Of a DNA stretch of 46,189 bases, positions 16,798 to 27,449 are shown one piece after another. The notes beneath the pieces are model-generated. The model was not told the DNA's origin, did not search any database, and worked only from the letters and a program-made list of their open reading frames with translations. The stretch lies in the sequence record NZ_CP048628.1. One strand, written 5' to 3'. The translations under genes were made by a program, and so were the position numbers. The stretch is from a plasmid. Numbering within the stretch: position 1 is the stretch's first letter; each line of letters opens with the position of its first letter.

Positions 16798-19120
16798 ATT
16801 GTTTATTGCCTTTATTCCGTTATTTGCTGGTTTCTGGATAGCAACACAAAAATTGGCTGAACTTGTAGAGTATAGTTTTCTGCTAGGGGAGCCGTTCATG
16901 GTATCTAAAGGAATACCGTATTACTTGCCACACAATTATTTCATCTGGTTTATGAATTTCCACGAGTACATTCCACAGCTTTTTGCTAAAACATACCCAT
17001 ATATTTTTGTGAGTTTTGTTATATCTTTTGTGTTGTTGTTTTTACTTAGGAAAAAACCGGAACTTACCTCTCACGGCAGTGCAAAATTCGGCAGCTACAA
17101 CGACCTTTTGAAAATGGATTTAATATCCGCAAACGGCGTTGTAATTGGACAATATGATGGCAAATTACTTAGACTGTTTACTGCTTTTTTACGTGCTTTT
17201 GAAACTATAAAAAAGGAAAAAGAAGCTTATGCTGAAATGGCATTTGATGATAAGGTAACTCGAAAAAAAGAAGTATATTCGCATAAGTTAGAAAGATTAT
17301 ATGAGAAGTTAAATGATAGTAATGATGAAAAAGAAATAGAAAAGCTGAAGTATTTAGAAAAAGTTTTAAAAGAAAAGATTGATGCTCCAGTTAAATATGA
17401 TGCTAAAAAAGAAGATAAATTTACCGTTTATCCATATATTTTTTTATATAAAAAGCTTTCTAAATTTTATGCTGGTTGTAAACACTTTTATCTTAGAGAT
17501 AATTCTAATAAGCATTTAGCAGTTATAGCACCCACTAGAAGTGGTAAAGGTGTCGGGCTTATAATTCCGACGCTTCTTGGTAGCTGGACAAGTTCAGTAA
17601 TTGTAAATGACATAAAAAGTGAAAACTGGGGAATAACAGCAGGATATAGAAAACGTATGGGGCAAACTGTTATAAAGTTTGAACCAACAGCTGAAGATGG
17701 TTCATCAGCTCGTTGGAATCCGCTCGATGAAATCAAAATTGGTACAGCAAGCGAAGTTTCCATGAGCCAAAATCTAGGCATGATAATTGCCGACTACGAA
17801 GGGAAAGGCAAGATGGACCACTGGGGACAAAATGCCGCAAACGTTATCTCGCTTGTTATACTGCATATGAAATACGCTCACTTTTCTGACCCGGAAAATT
17901 ATCCTAATGAGCCTAATTTATATACAGTTGCAGCATTTTTGAAAGCTAATATGTTGCCTATATTTGATGATGATGGTAAACCTGTAATGATATATGTTGA
18001 TGATGATGGTAATGTTTATGATGAACCGACAAGTGGAACTATTCAACAGCAAAAAGTAGATGTTAAAGGGTTTTTAGATACCCTTAAAAATTTACAAAAC
18101 TTTGAGCATGTGCCTGATAATGGCATAGATATAGTAGAGTGGGATACAAAAGAACTTAAATATGTAAAAAAACATTTTACGCCAGAAGATTTAAAAAATC
18201 TTTATCCAGACGCTACTTCTTTAAATTATATGCCTAATACGCATCCAATTATTTATCAAGGATTTTTAGAGATATTATCTAAAGCAGAACAGGAATGTGC
18301 AAGTATAATATCTACTGCTAATACTGCTTTAAAAGAGTATTTAGACCCTGTACTTGCTCAAAATACGGCTGTAAGCGATTTTTGCATTGACGATATGATG
18401 AATTATAAAAAACCTGTATCGCTTTATTTAGTTACGCCACCATCGGATATTTTAAGACTTGCTCCTATTTTTAGATTATTTTTTGAAATGATGGTTCGTC
18501 ATCATGCAAAACGTATAGGTGTTTATAAAAAAGGGAGAGCAAAAAATGTATATAAGCACAAATGTCTATTCTTAATGGATGAATTTTCTTCTCTTGGGAA
18601 TTTGCAGTCTTTCGCAGCTACATTATCGTATATTGCAGGATATGGAATGAAAGTTTTCCTTATAAATCAGGGGCTTCCGCAAATTAACGGGATATATGGA
18701 AAAGACAATCAAATATTAATGAATTGTCATTTGCAGATATTTTATGCTCCGAATGACAATGATACTGGAAAATATGCTGAATCATTGTTAGGTAATAAAA
18801 CAATAATGGTTCAGTCGACGTCTGACTGTGGACTTTTAACAAAAAAGACTTATTCAAAATCGGCGACAGGTAGAGCTTTAATGACTGCTGATGAAATAAA
18901 GCGTTTAGAAGATAAAGAGATAATTGTTGCAAGTGGTAATCCACCAGTAATGACTGAAAAAGTTAAATATTATGAAAGTAATTATTTTTTAAATAAGCTA
19001 TTAGATGCTCCAATAGTAAGTGATGTAATAAGAAATAATCCTTATCCAAAGAGAGATAAATTAATTAGGGTGAGTAAAATTAATACAAATATAGAGTTTG
19101 ATTTTACTTATAAGGAGTGA
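16778..19120 (+). CDS. virD4: VirD4/TraG-type coupling protein (T4CP)
   Basis: N-terminal transmembrane helices, Walker A APTRSGKGVGLIIPTLL and Walker B LFLMDEFSSLG. Confidence 0.8.
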   Translation: MSTMIFKLFIAFIPLFAGFWIATQKLAELVEYSFLLGEPFMVSKGIPYYLPHNYFIWFMNFHEYIPQLFAKTYPYIFVSFVISFVLLFLLRKKPELTSHGSAKFGSYNDLLKMDLISANGVVIGQYDGKLLRLFTAFLRAFETIKKEKEAYAEMAFDDKVTRKKEVYSHKLERLYEKLNDSNDEKEIEKLKYLEKVLKEKIDAPVKYDAKKEDKFTVYPYIFLYKKLSKFYAGCKHFYLRDNSNKHLAVIAPTRSGKGVGLIIPTLLGSWTSSVIVNDIKSENWGITAGYRKRMGQTVIKFEPTAEDGSSARWNPLDEIKIGTASEVSMSQNLGMIIADYEGKGKMDHWGQNAANVISLVILHMKYAHFSDPENYPNEPNLYTVAAFLKANMLPIFDDDGKPVMIYVDDDGNVYDEPTSGTIQQQKVDVKGFLDTLKNLQNFEHVPDNGIDIVEWDTKELKYVKKHFTPEDLKNLYPDATSLNYMPNTHPIIYQGFLEILSKAEQECASIISTANTALKEYLDPVLAQNTAVSDFCIDDMMNYKKPVSLYLVTPPSDILRLAPIFRLFFEMMVRHHAKRIGVYKKGRAKNVYKHKCLFLMDEFSSLGNLQSFAATLSYIAGYGMKVFLINQGLPQINGIYGKDNQILMNCHLQIFYAPNDNDTGKYAESLLGNKTIMVQSTSDCGLLTKKTYSKSATGRALMTADEIKRLEDKEIIVASGNPPVMTEKVKYYESNYFLNKLLDAPIVSDVIRNNPYPKRDKLIRVSKINTNIEFDFTYKE

Positions 19121-19129
19121 ATAAACTAT

Positions 19130-19537
19130 ATGAGTATACAGAAATTGACGAAGATGGAACGCAAATATCGCATTTTGCAAGAAGAACAAAATGCAATTTT
19201 AAAAAGAATGCAAGAAGAAAAAAGAAATGCAAAAAAAAGGTTAGAAAGTGAGAGGTATAACTATATTATACAAGTGGTTAAAAGACTTAAATTGCCTATA
19301 GATAATCCAACAATTATTATAGGAGCTTTAGTTGAAGCTAAAAAGATTATAACTGAAAATAATACTGCCAAAATAAATGAATATATTGAAAAATATAGTT
19401 TATTTATTAAGGAAACAGAACAAATAGACATTGGGGATATTGAAAAGAATAGTAAAAATGAGAAGAATGATATATCTTCATCATCTTTAGAAGCTGAAGA
19501 TAAAGAAGAATATATAAAGGCTCTTGAAGGTGCTTAA
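19130..19537 (+). CDS. coiled-coil hypothetical protein inside the T4SS operon
   Basis: 135 aa, rich in charged residues with heptad-like repeats. Confidence 0.4.
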   Translation: MSIQKLTKMERKYRILQEEQNAILKRMQEEKRNAKKRLESERYNYIIQVVKRLKLPIDNPTIIIGALVEAKKIITENNTAKINEYIEKYSLFIKETEQIDIGDIEKNSKNEKNDISSSSLEAEDKEEYIKALEGA

Positions 19538-20525
19538 TATGAGTAAGAATGAAACATTAGATGTAATGTTTGGCAGACAAATAGTAGATTTTATGAATAG
19601 AGATGATATAACAGAAATTTATGTAAATGATGATGGTTATATAAGATATATGTCTCATAAAGAAGGTAAAGTAAAGACAAATATTATTTTAAAACCTGAA
19701 AAGATATTAGCTATTATTGAGCTTATTGCAGGGCAGGTTGGAAAAGTAATTAATGAAGAAATACCGTCTATTTCAGCTGAAATAAGTGGTTATGGGGCAC
19801 GTTTTCAAGGTGAGATTTCTCCTATTGTAAGAAATCCTCAATTTAATATTAGAAAAAAAGCTATAAAGATTTTCACGCTTGATGAGTATGTAAAAAATGG
19901 TACATTAACAAATTATTATAAAAAATACCTTGAAGAAGCTATTCGTAAAAGGAAAAATATTTTGGTTGTTGGTGGTACAGGAACAGGTAAAACAACATTT
20001 TTAAATGCTCTTTTAGATGCTATAGCTAAAATTTCACCATACCATCGAATAATATCGCTAGAGGACTTGCCGGAATTGCAATGTCCAACGGATGATTATT
20101 CACCTATGTATACAAAGCAAGAAACCGGTAAGGATAAAGTCGTTTATAACATGACAAGGTTACTTGCGGATTGTATGCGTCGTAGTCCCGATAGAATTAT
20201 TGTTGGGGAAGTTAGAGATGGTGCAGCTTATACTATGCTTAAAGCTTGGAATACAGGACATCCAGGCGGAGCATGTACCGTACATGCTAATGACGCAGTA
20301 AGTGGTTTAACACGTATTAAATCTTTGGCTCAAGAAGATAAAAATGCTACTGGAGATTTAAAGGAGCTTATAGGAGAAGCTATAGATGTTGTTGTTTCTA
20401 TTGTACATATAGATTTAGGAGGCGGTAAAAAATCTAGGAAAGTAAATGAAATGATTGAGGTTAAAACTTATAACAGTCATGATGATACTTATGTTTTAAA
20501 ACGTATTGAGGAGGATTTAACATGA
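19524..20525 (+). CDS. virB11: VirB11-family secretion ATPase
   Basis: Walker A VVGGTGTGKTTFLNALL; His box GEVRDGAAYTMLKAWNTGHPGGACTVHAN. Confidence 0.85.
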   Translation: MKVLNMSKNETLDVMFGRQIVDFMNRDDITEIYVNDDGYIRYMSHKEGKVKTNIILKPEKILAIIELIAGQVGKVINEEIPSISAEISGYGARFQGEISPIVRNPQFNIRKKAIKIFTLDEYVKNGTLTNYYKKYLEEAIRKRKNILVVGGTGTGKTTFLNALLDAIAKISPYHRIISLEDLPELQCPTDDYSPMYTKQETGKDKVVYNMTRLLADCMRRSPDRIIVGEVRDGAAYTMLKAWNTGHPGGACTVHANDAVSGLTRIKSLAQEDKNATGDLKELIGEAIDVVVSIVHIDLGGGKKSRKVNEMIEVKTYNSHDDTYVLKRIEEDLT

Positions 20526-20941
20526 AAAGATGGACAGTAAAAAAAAATGAAACCATTTTAGCTATATTAAAAAGAAATAAGCAAGAATTGCTGATGTTAA
20601 GTGCTATTTTCTTTGTTATGGCAGTTGTAATTGCTACTAATCATGGAACAGCACTTGCTCAAAGTGTTGGTTTTAACGGTGATACTGTAGGAGACATTGA
20701 ATGGCCATGGATGAAGTTTTTTAATTCTTTAGCAGAACAATTTACAGGACCACTCCCTATGGTACTTGGTATTTTAGGACTTGCTGGTTGTGCTATTGCC
20801 ATGTTTACTGGTAATGCTGGTGGTGGAACAACAAAATTTATTGTTTTGATTTTTGTTGTTTCTACTTGCCTTTTTGCTCCAAGTTTTATTTCTTACGTTT
20901 CTGAATCAGCCGGAGGTCTTACTATATTGGGGGCTATGTAA
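20522..20941 (+). CDS. VirB2/TrbC-like pilin precursor
   Basis: Long leader followed by two hydrophobic segments; located directly before the VirB3 and VirB4 homologues. Confidence 0.5.
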   Translation: MKRWTVKKNETILAILKRNKQELLMLSAIFFVMAVVIATNHGTALAQSVGFNGDTVGDIEWPWMKFFNSLAEQFTGPLPMVLGILGLAGCAIAMFTGNAGGGTTKFIVLIFVVSTCLFAPSFISYVSESAGGLTILGAM

Positions 20942-21204
20942 TGAAAGAGAAGTTACCTGAAGGATACGAAGTCCCTATTCATAGGTCGCTTGTAAAACCT
21001 CTATTTTGGATGGGTGTTCCAAGAGATTTATTTTTAGCTAATATCTTTTTAGCTGTTTTGGGTGGTGTATTTTTTAAAACATGGACTGTTATTTTTGTAG
21101 CAGTTGGTGTGCATTATTTGTTTAAATATTTAGGTCAAAAAGATCCCCAGTTTCATTCGGTCTTTTGGAAGGCAAGAACACATAAGAATTATTATTATAG
21201 GTAG
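20941..21204 (+). CDS. virB3: VirB3-like protein
   Basis: ..HRSLVKPLFWMGVPRDLFLANIFLAVLGG.. matches the VirB3 signature (..LtrP..fGVPr..). Confidence 0.65.
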   Translation: MKEKLPEGYEVPIHRSLVKPLFWMGVPRDLFLANIFLAVLGGVFFKTWTVIFVAVGVHYLFKYLGQKDPQFHSVFWKARTHKNYYYR

Positions 21205-21212
21205 GTGATAAA

Positions 21213-23690
21213 ATGTTTTCTTTTAGAAAAAAAGAAAATGTACAATTTTCGCAAAAGGTAGGTGTGTTTAAAGAAAAGCCACGTTTACAGTATCTTCTTC
21301 CATGGGCGTTCATTGACGAAGATACAGGAATTGTACATGGAAAAGACCATTCGTTATTATCTATCTATAAATTTCGTGGTCCAGATATGGATAGTTCAAC
21401 GCCAGCGGAGCTTTTACAATACAATGCTGCGTTAAATAACGTTATGAAGAAGCTCACCACTGGGTATGTGCTTTATTTTGAAGCACAAAGAAAAATTGAT
21501 ACAAACTATGAACAGGCGGCAATTTCTGTGCCGCTTGTTCAAAAAATGGAAGATGAACGTAAGGATTATTATACAAAGCAAAGACATTATGAAACTTTGT
21601 TTTATTTTATAATTTATTGCGAGCCTCCACAGTTATTAAAATCTAAAATAACAAATGCGTTTATTACAGACGCCAAAAATAAGGGAAGTAATACAAAATA
21701 CGATATGAAAGTTTACTTTGATATCGTGGAGAAGTTTATAAGCAATGTAAATTTAGTAGGGGATATGCTTTCTAAGTGGTTTAAAGATATAGAACCGCTT
21801 AGTGCTAAAGAAACATTAGCATATTTACACACTACTATATCTACAAAAAGTTTTGATATAAATATTAATCCACTTAGATATATCACAGATTATATATGTG
21901 ATTGTGATGTTCTAGGTGGTAGGGAAATGAAACTTGGAAATAAGTATATGAAAATTATTACAGTATTAGATTTTCCGCCTGTATCTACTCCAGGGATTTT
22001 TAATACTTTTAATAGTTTAAATATGGAATATAGATGGGTGTCGAGATTTATCTGCATGAGTAAATTAGACGCTCAAGAGGAATTACAAAAATATAGGAAA
22101 AGATGGAATCAGCAGGTAAAGGGTTTTTGGTCGCAAATAAGAAGTGCCATTACAAAGGAGCAGTTGGAGCAAGATGTCGATGAAACAGCTGCTTCTAATC
22201 GCGATGATACTATAGTTGCACAGCAAGAATTAGGACAGGATGCGGTAAGCTATGGTTACTATACCATGACTATGATTGTAATGGATGAAAATAAGGAAAA
22301 ATGTCAAGAAAAAGCTAATAAAGTATTAGAAAAGATAAATTCTTTAGGGTTTGTAGGTTTCATTGAAACTGATAATTCGATGGAAGCATGGTGGGGCAGT
22401 ATACCTGGTTGTTATCGAGCAAATATTCGTCGACCAATTATAAATAGCTTAAATTTTTGTCATCTTGCCCCAATCACAGCAATGTGGTCTGGAGACAAAA
22501 AGAATAAGCACCTGAAGGGGCCTGTGTTGCTTTACACGGATACTGAAGGTTATACACCGTTTAGATTAAGCCTTCACGTAGGCGATGTAGGGCACACGAT
22601 GATTTGTGGACCGAGTGGTAGTGGTAAATCTGTACTTTTAAATACGTTAGAGGCACATTTTTTAAAATATCCTAATAGTAATGTTTTTATCTTTGATAAA
22701 GCTGGTTCTAGTCGTGCATTGACGCTTGCTGTTGGGGGAAACTTTTATAACTTAGCAGCTGAAGGAGAAACAGAACTTTCTTTTCAGCCACTAGCAAGAG
22801 TTGATAATGAACAGGAAAGAAAATGGGCTAAAGAATGGATTTTAATGTATTTAAAACAAAAGAATATGACTATTGACCCAGAAAAAGAAGATTATGTATG
22901 GAAAGCATTAAATTCTTTGGCCACTTTTCCAATAGAACAACGAACTGTAACTGTTTTTACACAAATGGTGCAGGATGTTGAAATAAGAAGGGCATTAAAA
23001 CCGCTTACTATGGAAGGAAGTTATGGAAAGCTTTTTGATAATACAAAAGATGTATCCGGTCGTGGAAATTGGCAGGTTTACGAGATGGAAACCATTATGG
23101 CAACACCTGCTATAGTCCCAAGTACACTAGAATATTTATTTCACAGAATAGAAACAAAATTAAAGTTTGCTACTGGTCCATCTATTATAGTTTTAGATGA
23201 ATGTTGGCTTTTCTTTGATAATCCAGCATTTAAAGATAAATTACGTGAATATTTTAAGGATATGCGTAAAAAGAATACTTCTATCATATTTGCTACACAA
23301 AATTTATCTGATGTGGCAAATAAACCAGATTTATTAACGACAGTTATGGAAAATTGTCCTAATAGAATATATCTTCCTAATGTAAATGCACAAAATGAGG
23401 CTAATAAAAAACTCTATGAACTTTTTGGTTGCAATGAAAAACAAATAAAGATAATATCTGCGATGACACCTAAGCAGGATTATTATTATAGTTCACAGAA
23501 GGGAAATCGAGTTTTTTCTTTAGCACTTCAGCCGATAGAGTTTCCATTTGTTACAGCAACAAGTAAAACAGATCAGCAGGCTATAGATAATATTCTAAGT
23601 AAATATAATAGATGTGATTTTATAGAACAGTGGCTTAAATATAAAAATGCTACTGAAGAATGGGAGGACTTTAAGAGGTATGTAACGTAA
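21213..23690 (+). CDS. virB4: VirB4-family T4SS ATPase
   Basis: 825 aa; Walker A GPSGSGKS and Walker B IIVLDECW. Confidence 0.85.
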   Translation: MFSFRKKENVQFSQKVGVFKEKPRLQYLLPWAFIDEDTGIVHGKDHSLLSIYKFRGPDMDSSTPAELLQYNAALNNVMKKLTTGYVLYFEAQRKIDTNYEQAAISVPLVQKMEDERKDYYTKQRHYETLFYFIIYCEPPQLLKSKITNAFITDAKNKGSNTKYDMKVYFDIVEKFISNVNLVGDMLSKWFKDIEPLSAKETLAYLHTTISTKSFDININPLRYITDYICDCDVLGGREMKLGNKYMKIITVLDFPPVSTPGIFNTFNSLNMEYRWVSRFICMSKLDAQEELQKYRKRWNQQVKGFWSQIRSAITKEQLEQDVDETAASNRDDTIVAQQELGQDAVSYGYYTMTMIVMDENKEKCQEKANKVLEKINSLGFVGFIETDNSMEAWWGSIPGCYRANIRRPIINSLNFCHLAPITAMWSGDKKNKHLKGPVLLYTDTEGYTPFRLSLHVGDVGHTMICGPSGSGKSVLLNTLEAHFLKYPNSNVFIFDKAGSSRALTLAVGGNFYNLAAEGETELSFQPLARVDNEQERKWAKEWILMYLKQKNMTIDPEKEDYVWKALNSLATFPIEQRTVTVFTQMVQDVEIRRALKPLTMEGSYGKLFDNTKDVSGRGNWQVYEMETIMATPAIVPSTLEYLFHRIETKLKFATGPSIIVLDECWLFFDNPAFKDKLREYFKDMRKKNTSIIFATQNLSDVANKPDLLTTVMENCPNRIYLPNVNAQNEANKKLYELFGCNEKQIKIISAMTPKQDYYYSSQKGNRVFSLALQPIEFPFVTATSKTDQQAIDNILSKYNRCDFIEQWLKYKNATEEWEDFKRYVT

Positions 23691-23703
23691 GGAGTGAAAT
23701 ACC

Positions 23704-24483
23704 ATGAAAAAAAAGTTTAGGCAGATTGGATTAGCCATAATTTTTAGTATATCTTTAACTGTACCAGCTGAAGCTGCTATTCCTGTAATTGATGACCAGA
23801 ATATAGCACAACAGTTAAAAACCTACACTGAAACCTTGAATGTTGTTAAAAATACAGCTGAACAAATATCCTTGCAACTTAAGGAGTTAATGGCCATGCC
23901 AGAAAATATTCTAAATGAATATAAACAAGCATTTAATGATAGTATAGCAGCTGTTAAAAATACACTTTCAAACTCGGATTTATTAGTAGATAAAGATGAG
24001 TGGGATGAATACTGGAAAGAAACTTATCCTAGAATTAATAGCGGTGATTATAAACAAACTGTGTGGAGCGAGCGAAGTATAAATGATACTTTACAAGAAA
24101 TAATGTCCATGAGAAATGAAGAAGATGTAAATTCTTATCATGAACTTATGGCAGAACTTGAAAAATCTAAGGTTAGATTACAGGATTTATTAGAGCAAAA
24201 TAAGACTGTAGAAGGTAATAAACAAGCACAGCAAATTGCAAATATGATAGCTACAGAAAAAGCTAACATAGATAGTATAAATACAGCAATCCAGGCTATA
24301 ACAGATAAAAACCAATTAATGCATCAGCAGGCAGAAGTTTTAAAAGCTCAAAATAGAAAAGCTGTTATAAATGCTGCTAAACAAGCAGAAGAAGAAACAT
24401 TATCACAAATGGAAAATGAAGTAATAGAAAAAGTACCTATTATTGATGATCCATTTGCTACTTATGGTAATGTAAGGTGGTAA
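23704..24483 (+). CDS. VirB5/TrbJ-like secreted T4SS protein
   Basis: Signal peptide; N-terminal AAIPVIDDQNIAQQL; alpha-helical; position between the VirB4 and VirB6 homologues; C-terminus VPIIDDPFATYGNVRW. Confidence 0.5.
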   Translation: MKKKFRQIGLAIIFSISLTVPAEAAIPVIDDQNIAQQLKTYTETLNVVKNTAEQISLQLKELMAMPENILNEYKQAFNDSIAAVKNTLSNSDLLVDKDEWDEYWKETYPRINSGDYKQTVWSERSINDTLQEIMSMRNEEDVNSYHELMAELEKSKVRLQDLLEQNKTVEGNKQAQQIANMIATEKANIDSINTAIQAITDKNQLMHQQAEVLKAQNRKAVINAAKQAEEETLSQMENEVIEKVPIIDDPFATYGNVRW

Positions 24484-24487
24484 TATT

Positions 24488-25633
24488 ATGGATTTTACAG
24501 ATACTAATTTTTTAGATAGTTTGCTTAATTTTTTTTATGAGCATAGTGTAACAGGTATGATACAATTACAACCTCATGCTTTTGAACTTGTATGTGTATT
24601 AGCTATCATAGATATTTGCTCTACATGGGCTTTATATGATGGTCAAATGCGAATGTCTTTCGTTATTAATAAAACAATGAAAGTTGGTTTTTTTTTACTT
24701 CTGATTGTAAATTGGGATACAATTAATTCTGCAATTTTGCGGTCGTTTGAGATTGCTGGTGCTACAGCTTCAGGTTTATCTAATATTGGTGCTGGAGATT
24801 GGATAAGTCCTAGCAAAATATTGGAAAGAGGATTTAATATATGTGGTACTTTGTTTAAAGATTTTCAGGATACGGGTATAACGGATAATGGTGGTATTGC
24901 TAGACTTTTTATGGATTTAATAGCTATAGCAATAACGATTGCTTCTTTCTTTTTTATATCGCTTCAAGTTTTGATAACTAAAATAGAATTTTGTATATTT
25001 TCTAGTCTAGGTGTAATTTTATTACCTTTTGGAGCTATTAGATTTACTTCTTTTTTATTTCAAAGAGTTGTTTCGGGTGTTTTTTCATTCGGTATAAAAT
25101 TGATGATTATGTATTTTCTTTTGGGTTTATTTGATACTTTATCTGGAGCATTAACCAGTTTTGAAGAAAATGTATCGTTTTCATCAATGTTGAAGATGGC
25201 ATTATCTTATGCGACACTTGCTTTTCTTGTTTGGAAATTACCTAATCTTGCGGCAAGTATGATGAATGGACAGCCTTCTATGGAAGCTGGAGATGTTGTT
25301 CGAGGTGCTACAACAGCTAAAAGTACAGTTGCTGGTGCTGTTGGTGGTGCAGTAGGAGCAGCTGGAGCAGTAAGTAGAGTAGCAGGAAAAACTGCTGCGG
25401 GATATGGCTTTGCTAATGCTACTATAAAGGCAGCACAAGCAAATATAGGTGTTCAGGGTGGAAGTGTTGCAGGAGAAGTTGCTAAAAATGTTGCTAGAAC
25501 AAGTTTTGCTAATTCTGCTATCGGTAAAGGGCTAATTAGAGGTGCAAATAGGGCAATGAACCAAATGGAAGATTATAAAAATCTTAAATCTGGTGAGTAT
25601 GCTACTAAACCGCAATCAAACCGTAATAGGTGA
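24488..25633 (+). CDS. VirB6/TrbL-like polytopic membrane protein with a Gly/Ala-rich C-terminal tail
   Basis: Multiple transmembrane helices; C-terminal low-complexity AGAVGGAVGAAGAV. Contains a T9 tract at 24688..24696. Confidence 0.6.
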   Translation: MDFTDTNFLDSLLNFFYEHSVTGMIQLQPHAFELVCVLAIIDICSTWALYDGQMRMSFVINKTMKVGFFLLLIVNWDTINSAILRSFEIAGATASGLSNIGAGDWISPSKILERGFNICGTLFKDFQDTGITDNGGIARLFMDLIAIAITIASFFFISLQVLITKIEFCIFSSLGVILLPFGAIRFTSFLFQRVVSGVFSFGIKLMIMYFLLGLFDTLSGALTSFEENVSFSSMLKMALSYATLAFLVWKLPNLAASMMNGQPSMEAGDVVRGATTAKSTVAGAVGGAVGAAGAVSRVAGKTAAGYGFANATIKAAQANIGVQGGSVAGEVAKNVARTSFANSAIGKGLIRGANRAMNQMEDYKNLKSGEYATKPQSNRNR

Positions 25634-25634
25634 T

Positions 25635-27449
25635 ATGCCTATGAAGAAAATAATTTTTATATGTTTAATAATTATTTTAATACCATTTAAGGTATTAGCT
25701 TCACCACCTATTATTGGTGGTGAAGTAACTTCTCCATATGGCCCTCGTGATGCAGGAGGAAGAGCTAGTACATTTCATAAGGGTATAGATGTGTATGTTC
25801 CTTCTGGCACTCCTATAGTTGCTCCAGCAAATGGTACAGTAAATCACGGAGCGGGCGGCGGTTATATTTATTGGACGGATATAACGCTGGAAGACGGCAG
25901 TTACTGGATGTTTGGCGACTGCTCATCAGACACGCTTTTATGCCAGACAGGATATGTTACGGAAGGAACAATAATAGGGTATACCGGCGGCGATGCCTAC
26001 GATGGGCCGCTTGGATATTCCACCGGGCCGCATGTGCATATAGAATACGGGCCGCTTGGTGAGTTCGGCAGCCGTGTTGACCCCGTACCGTATCTTGAAG
26101 CGCTTGGAATGGATTTAAGCGGAAATACCATGCCTTCAGGCGGCGGTGGTCCTGCTGTAATGGGACATGATAATGTAACGCTTCCATGGGGCGTTGAAAG
26201 TATGTATGAACTTGGAGAAAATATACAAGATATAATGCAACAGGTTGTTGAAGCTGCTGGTCGTGGCTTTGATTTTTTACAAGATGCTTGCTTTGCATTA
26301 TTACTTGTTCTATGTATTTTAGATTTAACGCTTCCAATGATGACAAGTGGTATGACTATTTCAATGCAGTTTGCCATAACTAAGGTAATGAAATATGGCT
26401 TTTTGATGTTTGTAATGCTAAACTGGCAAACAATTATAAATGACTTTTTTTTGTCGTTTGTAACGTCTGTTTCTACTACATTTGCTAATAACCCGGATAT
26501 AGGAAATGATGTATCTCAACCGCAAATGATATTACAAAAAGCAATTTTTATGGTAACACCAGCATTAAATAAAATAGCTAGTTTTGGCAGTTGGGATTTC
26601 TATACTAATTTATCAACGATTATTCCAATTTATCTTGCGACATTTATAACAATAGGCGTATTTTTTGTTCTTGCCTGTTATATAATGCTCGTTTACATTG
26701 AATTTTATGTAGTAGCAGCTCTTAGTATTTGTACGTTTCCTTTTTCAGCTTTTGGTTTTACAAAATTTATTGCTGAAGGAAGTTTAGGACATATTGTAAG
26801 TAACACGATAAAGTTAACTATTATTTCAATTATGGTTGGATTTTGTGTTGTATGTATTCGTGATGCCGAGCCTGGTGATATATTTACAGTGCAGACGCCA
26901 TCGGAGCAAGTAACAGGTACAGGAACGATAACAGGACCACCTGATTTAGTAGCATTGGCTACAGAAAAAGCTCAAAAGTATGGTATTCCAGTATCACTGT
27001 TTTTGGCACAAATACAACTTGAAAGTAGCTGGAACCCTAATGCGGTATCTGGGGCTGGTGCACAAGGATTAGGACAATTAATGCCTGGAACAGCAGCAGG
27101 ACTTGGCTGTTCCGATCCATTTAATCCAGAACAGAATTTAGAAGCCGCTGCTAAATACATGAAACAATTACATGATATGTATGGTGATTGGAATTATGCA
27201 TTAGCAGCTTATAATGGAGGACCTGGAAATGTAACAGCTGGTGAACCACTTCCAGGTTGGGCACAAGAATATATAGACCTTGTAAATGGTAATTTATCTG
27301 GTTCTTATACCGTAAATAATGGTATAAATTCAGAAGCCATGATTAAATTTATATTGATGTGCCTTTCTTTGATTGGACTTGCTTTTTTAACAGCAAGAAT
27401 ACCAACATCTTTGTTAAAAATGTTAGGTGGTAAATATGAATTGTCTTAA
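25635..27449 (+). CDS. tripartite T4SS protein: M23 metallopeptidase domain, VirB6-like polytopic domain and VirB1-like lytic transglycosylase (SLT) domain
   Basis: Signal peptide MPMKKIIFICLIIILIPFKVLAS. M23 motifs HKGIDVYVPSGTPIVAPANGTV and GPHVHIEY. Central transmembrane helices. SLT motifs QIQLESSWNPNAVSGAGAQGLGQLMP and AAYNGGPGNV. Track ORF 25593..27449. Confidence 0.7.
   Translation: MPMKKIIFICLIIILIPFKVLASPPIIGGEVTSPYGPRDAGGRASTFHKGIDVYVPSGTPIVAPANGTVNHGAGGGYIYWTDITLEDGSYWMFGDCSSDTLLCQTGYVTEGTIIGYTGGDAYDGPLGYSTGPHVHIEYGPLGEFGSRVDPVPYLEALGMDLSGNTMPSGGGGPAVMGHDNVTLPWGVESMYELGENIQDIMQQVVEAAGRGFDFLQDACFALLLVLCILDLTLPMMTSGMTISMQFAITKVMKYGFLMFVMLNWQTIINDFFLSFVTSVSTTFANNPDIGNDVSQPQMILQKAIFMVTPALNKIASFGSWDFYTNLSTIIPIYLATFITIGVFFVLACYIMLVYIEFYVVAALSICTFPFSAFGFTKFIAEGSLGHIVSNTIKLTIISIMVGFCVVCIRDAEPGDIFTVQTPSEQVTGTGTITGPPDLVALATEKAQKYGIPVSLFLAQIQLESSWNPNAVSGAGAQGLGQLMPGTAAGLGCSDPFNPEQNLEAAAKYMKQLHDMYGDWNYALAAYNGGPGNVTAGEPLPGWAQEYIDLVNGNLSGSYTVNNGINSEAMIKFILMCLSLIGLAFLTARIPTSLLKMLGGKYELS

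Noticed and set aside
25871-26377. Three antisense or alternative-frame ORFs (25871..26062 +, 25957..26346 -, 25997..26377 -)
   Set aside because: They lie inside the high-GC patch of the M23 domain, where stop codons are rare. They are Arg/Ala/Pro/Ser-rich, low-complexity, and overlap a well-supported gene.
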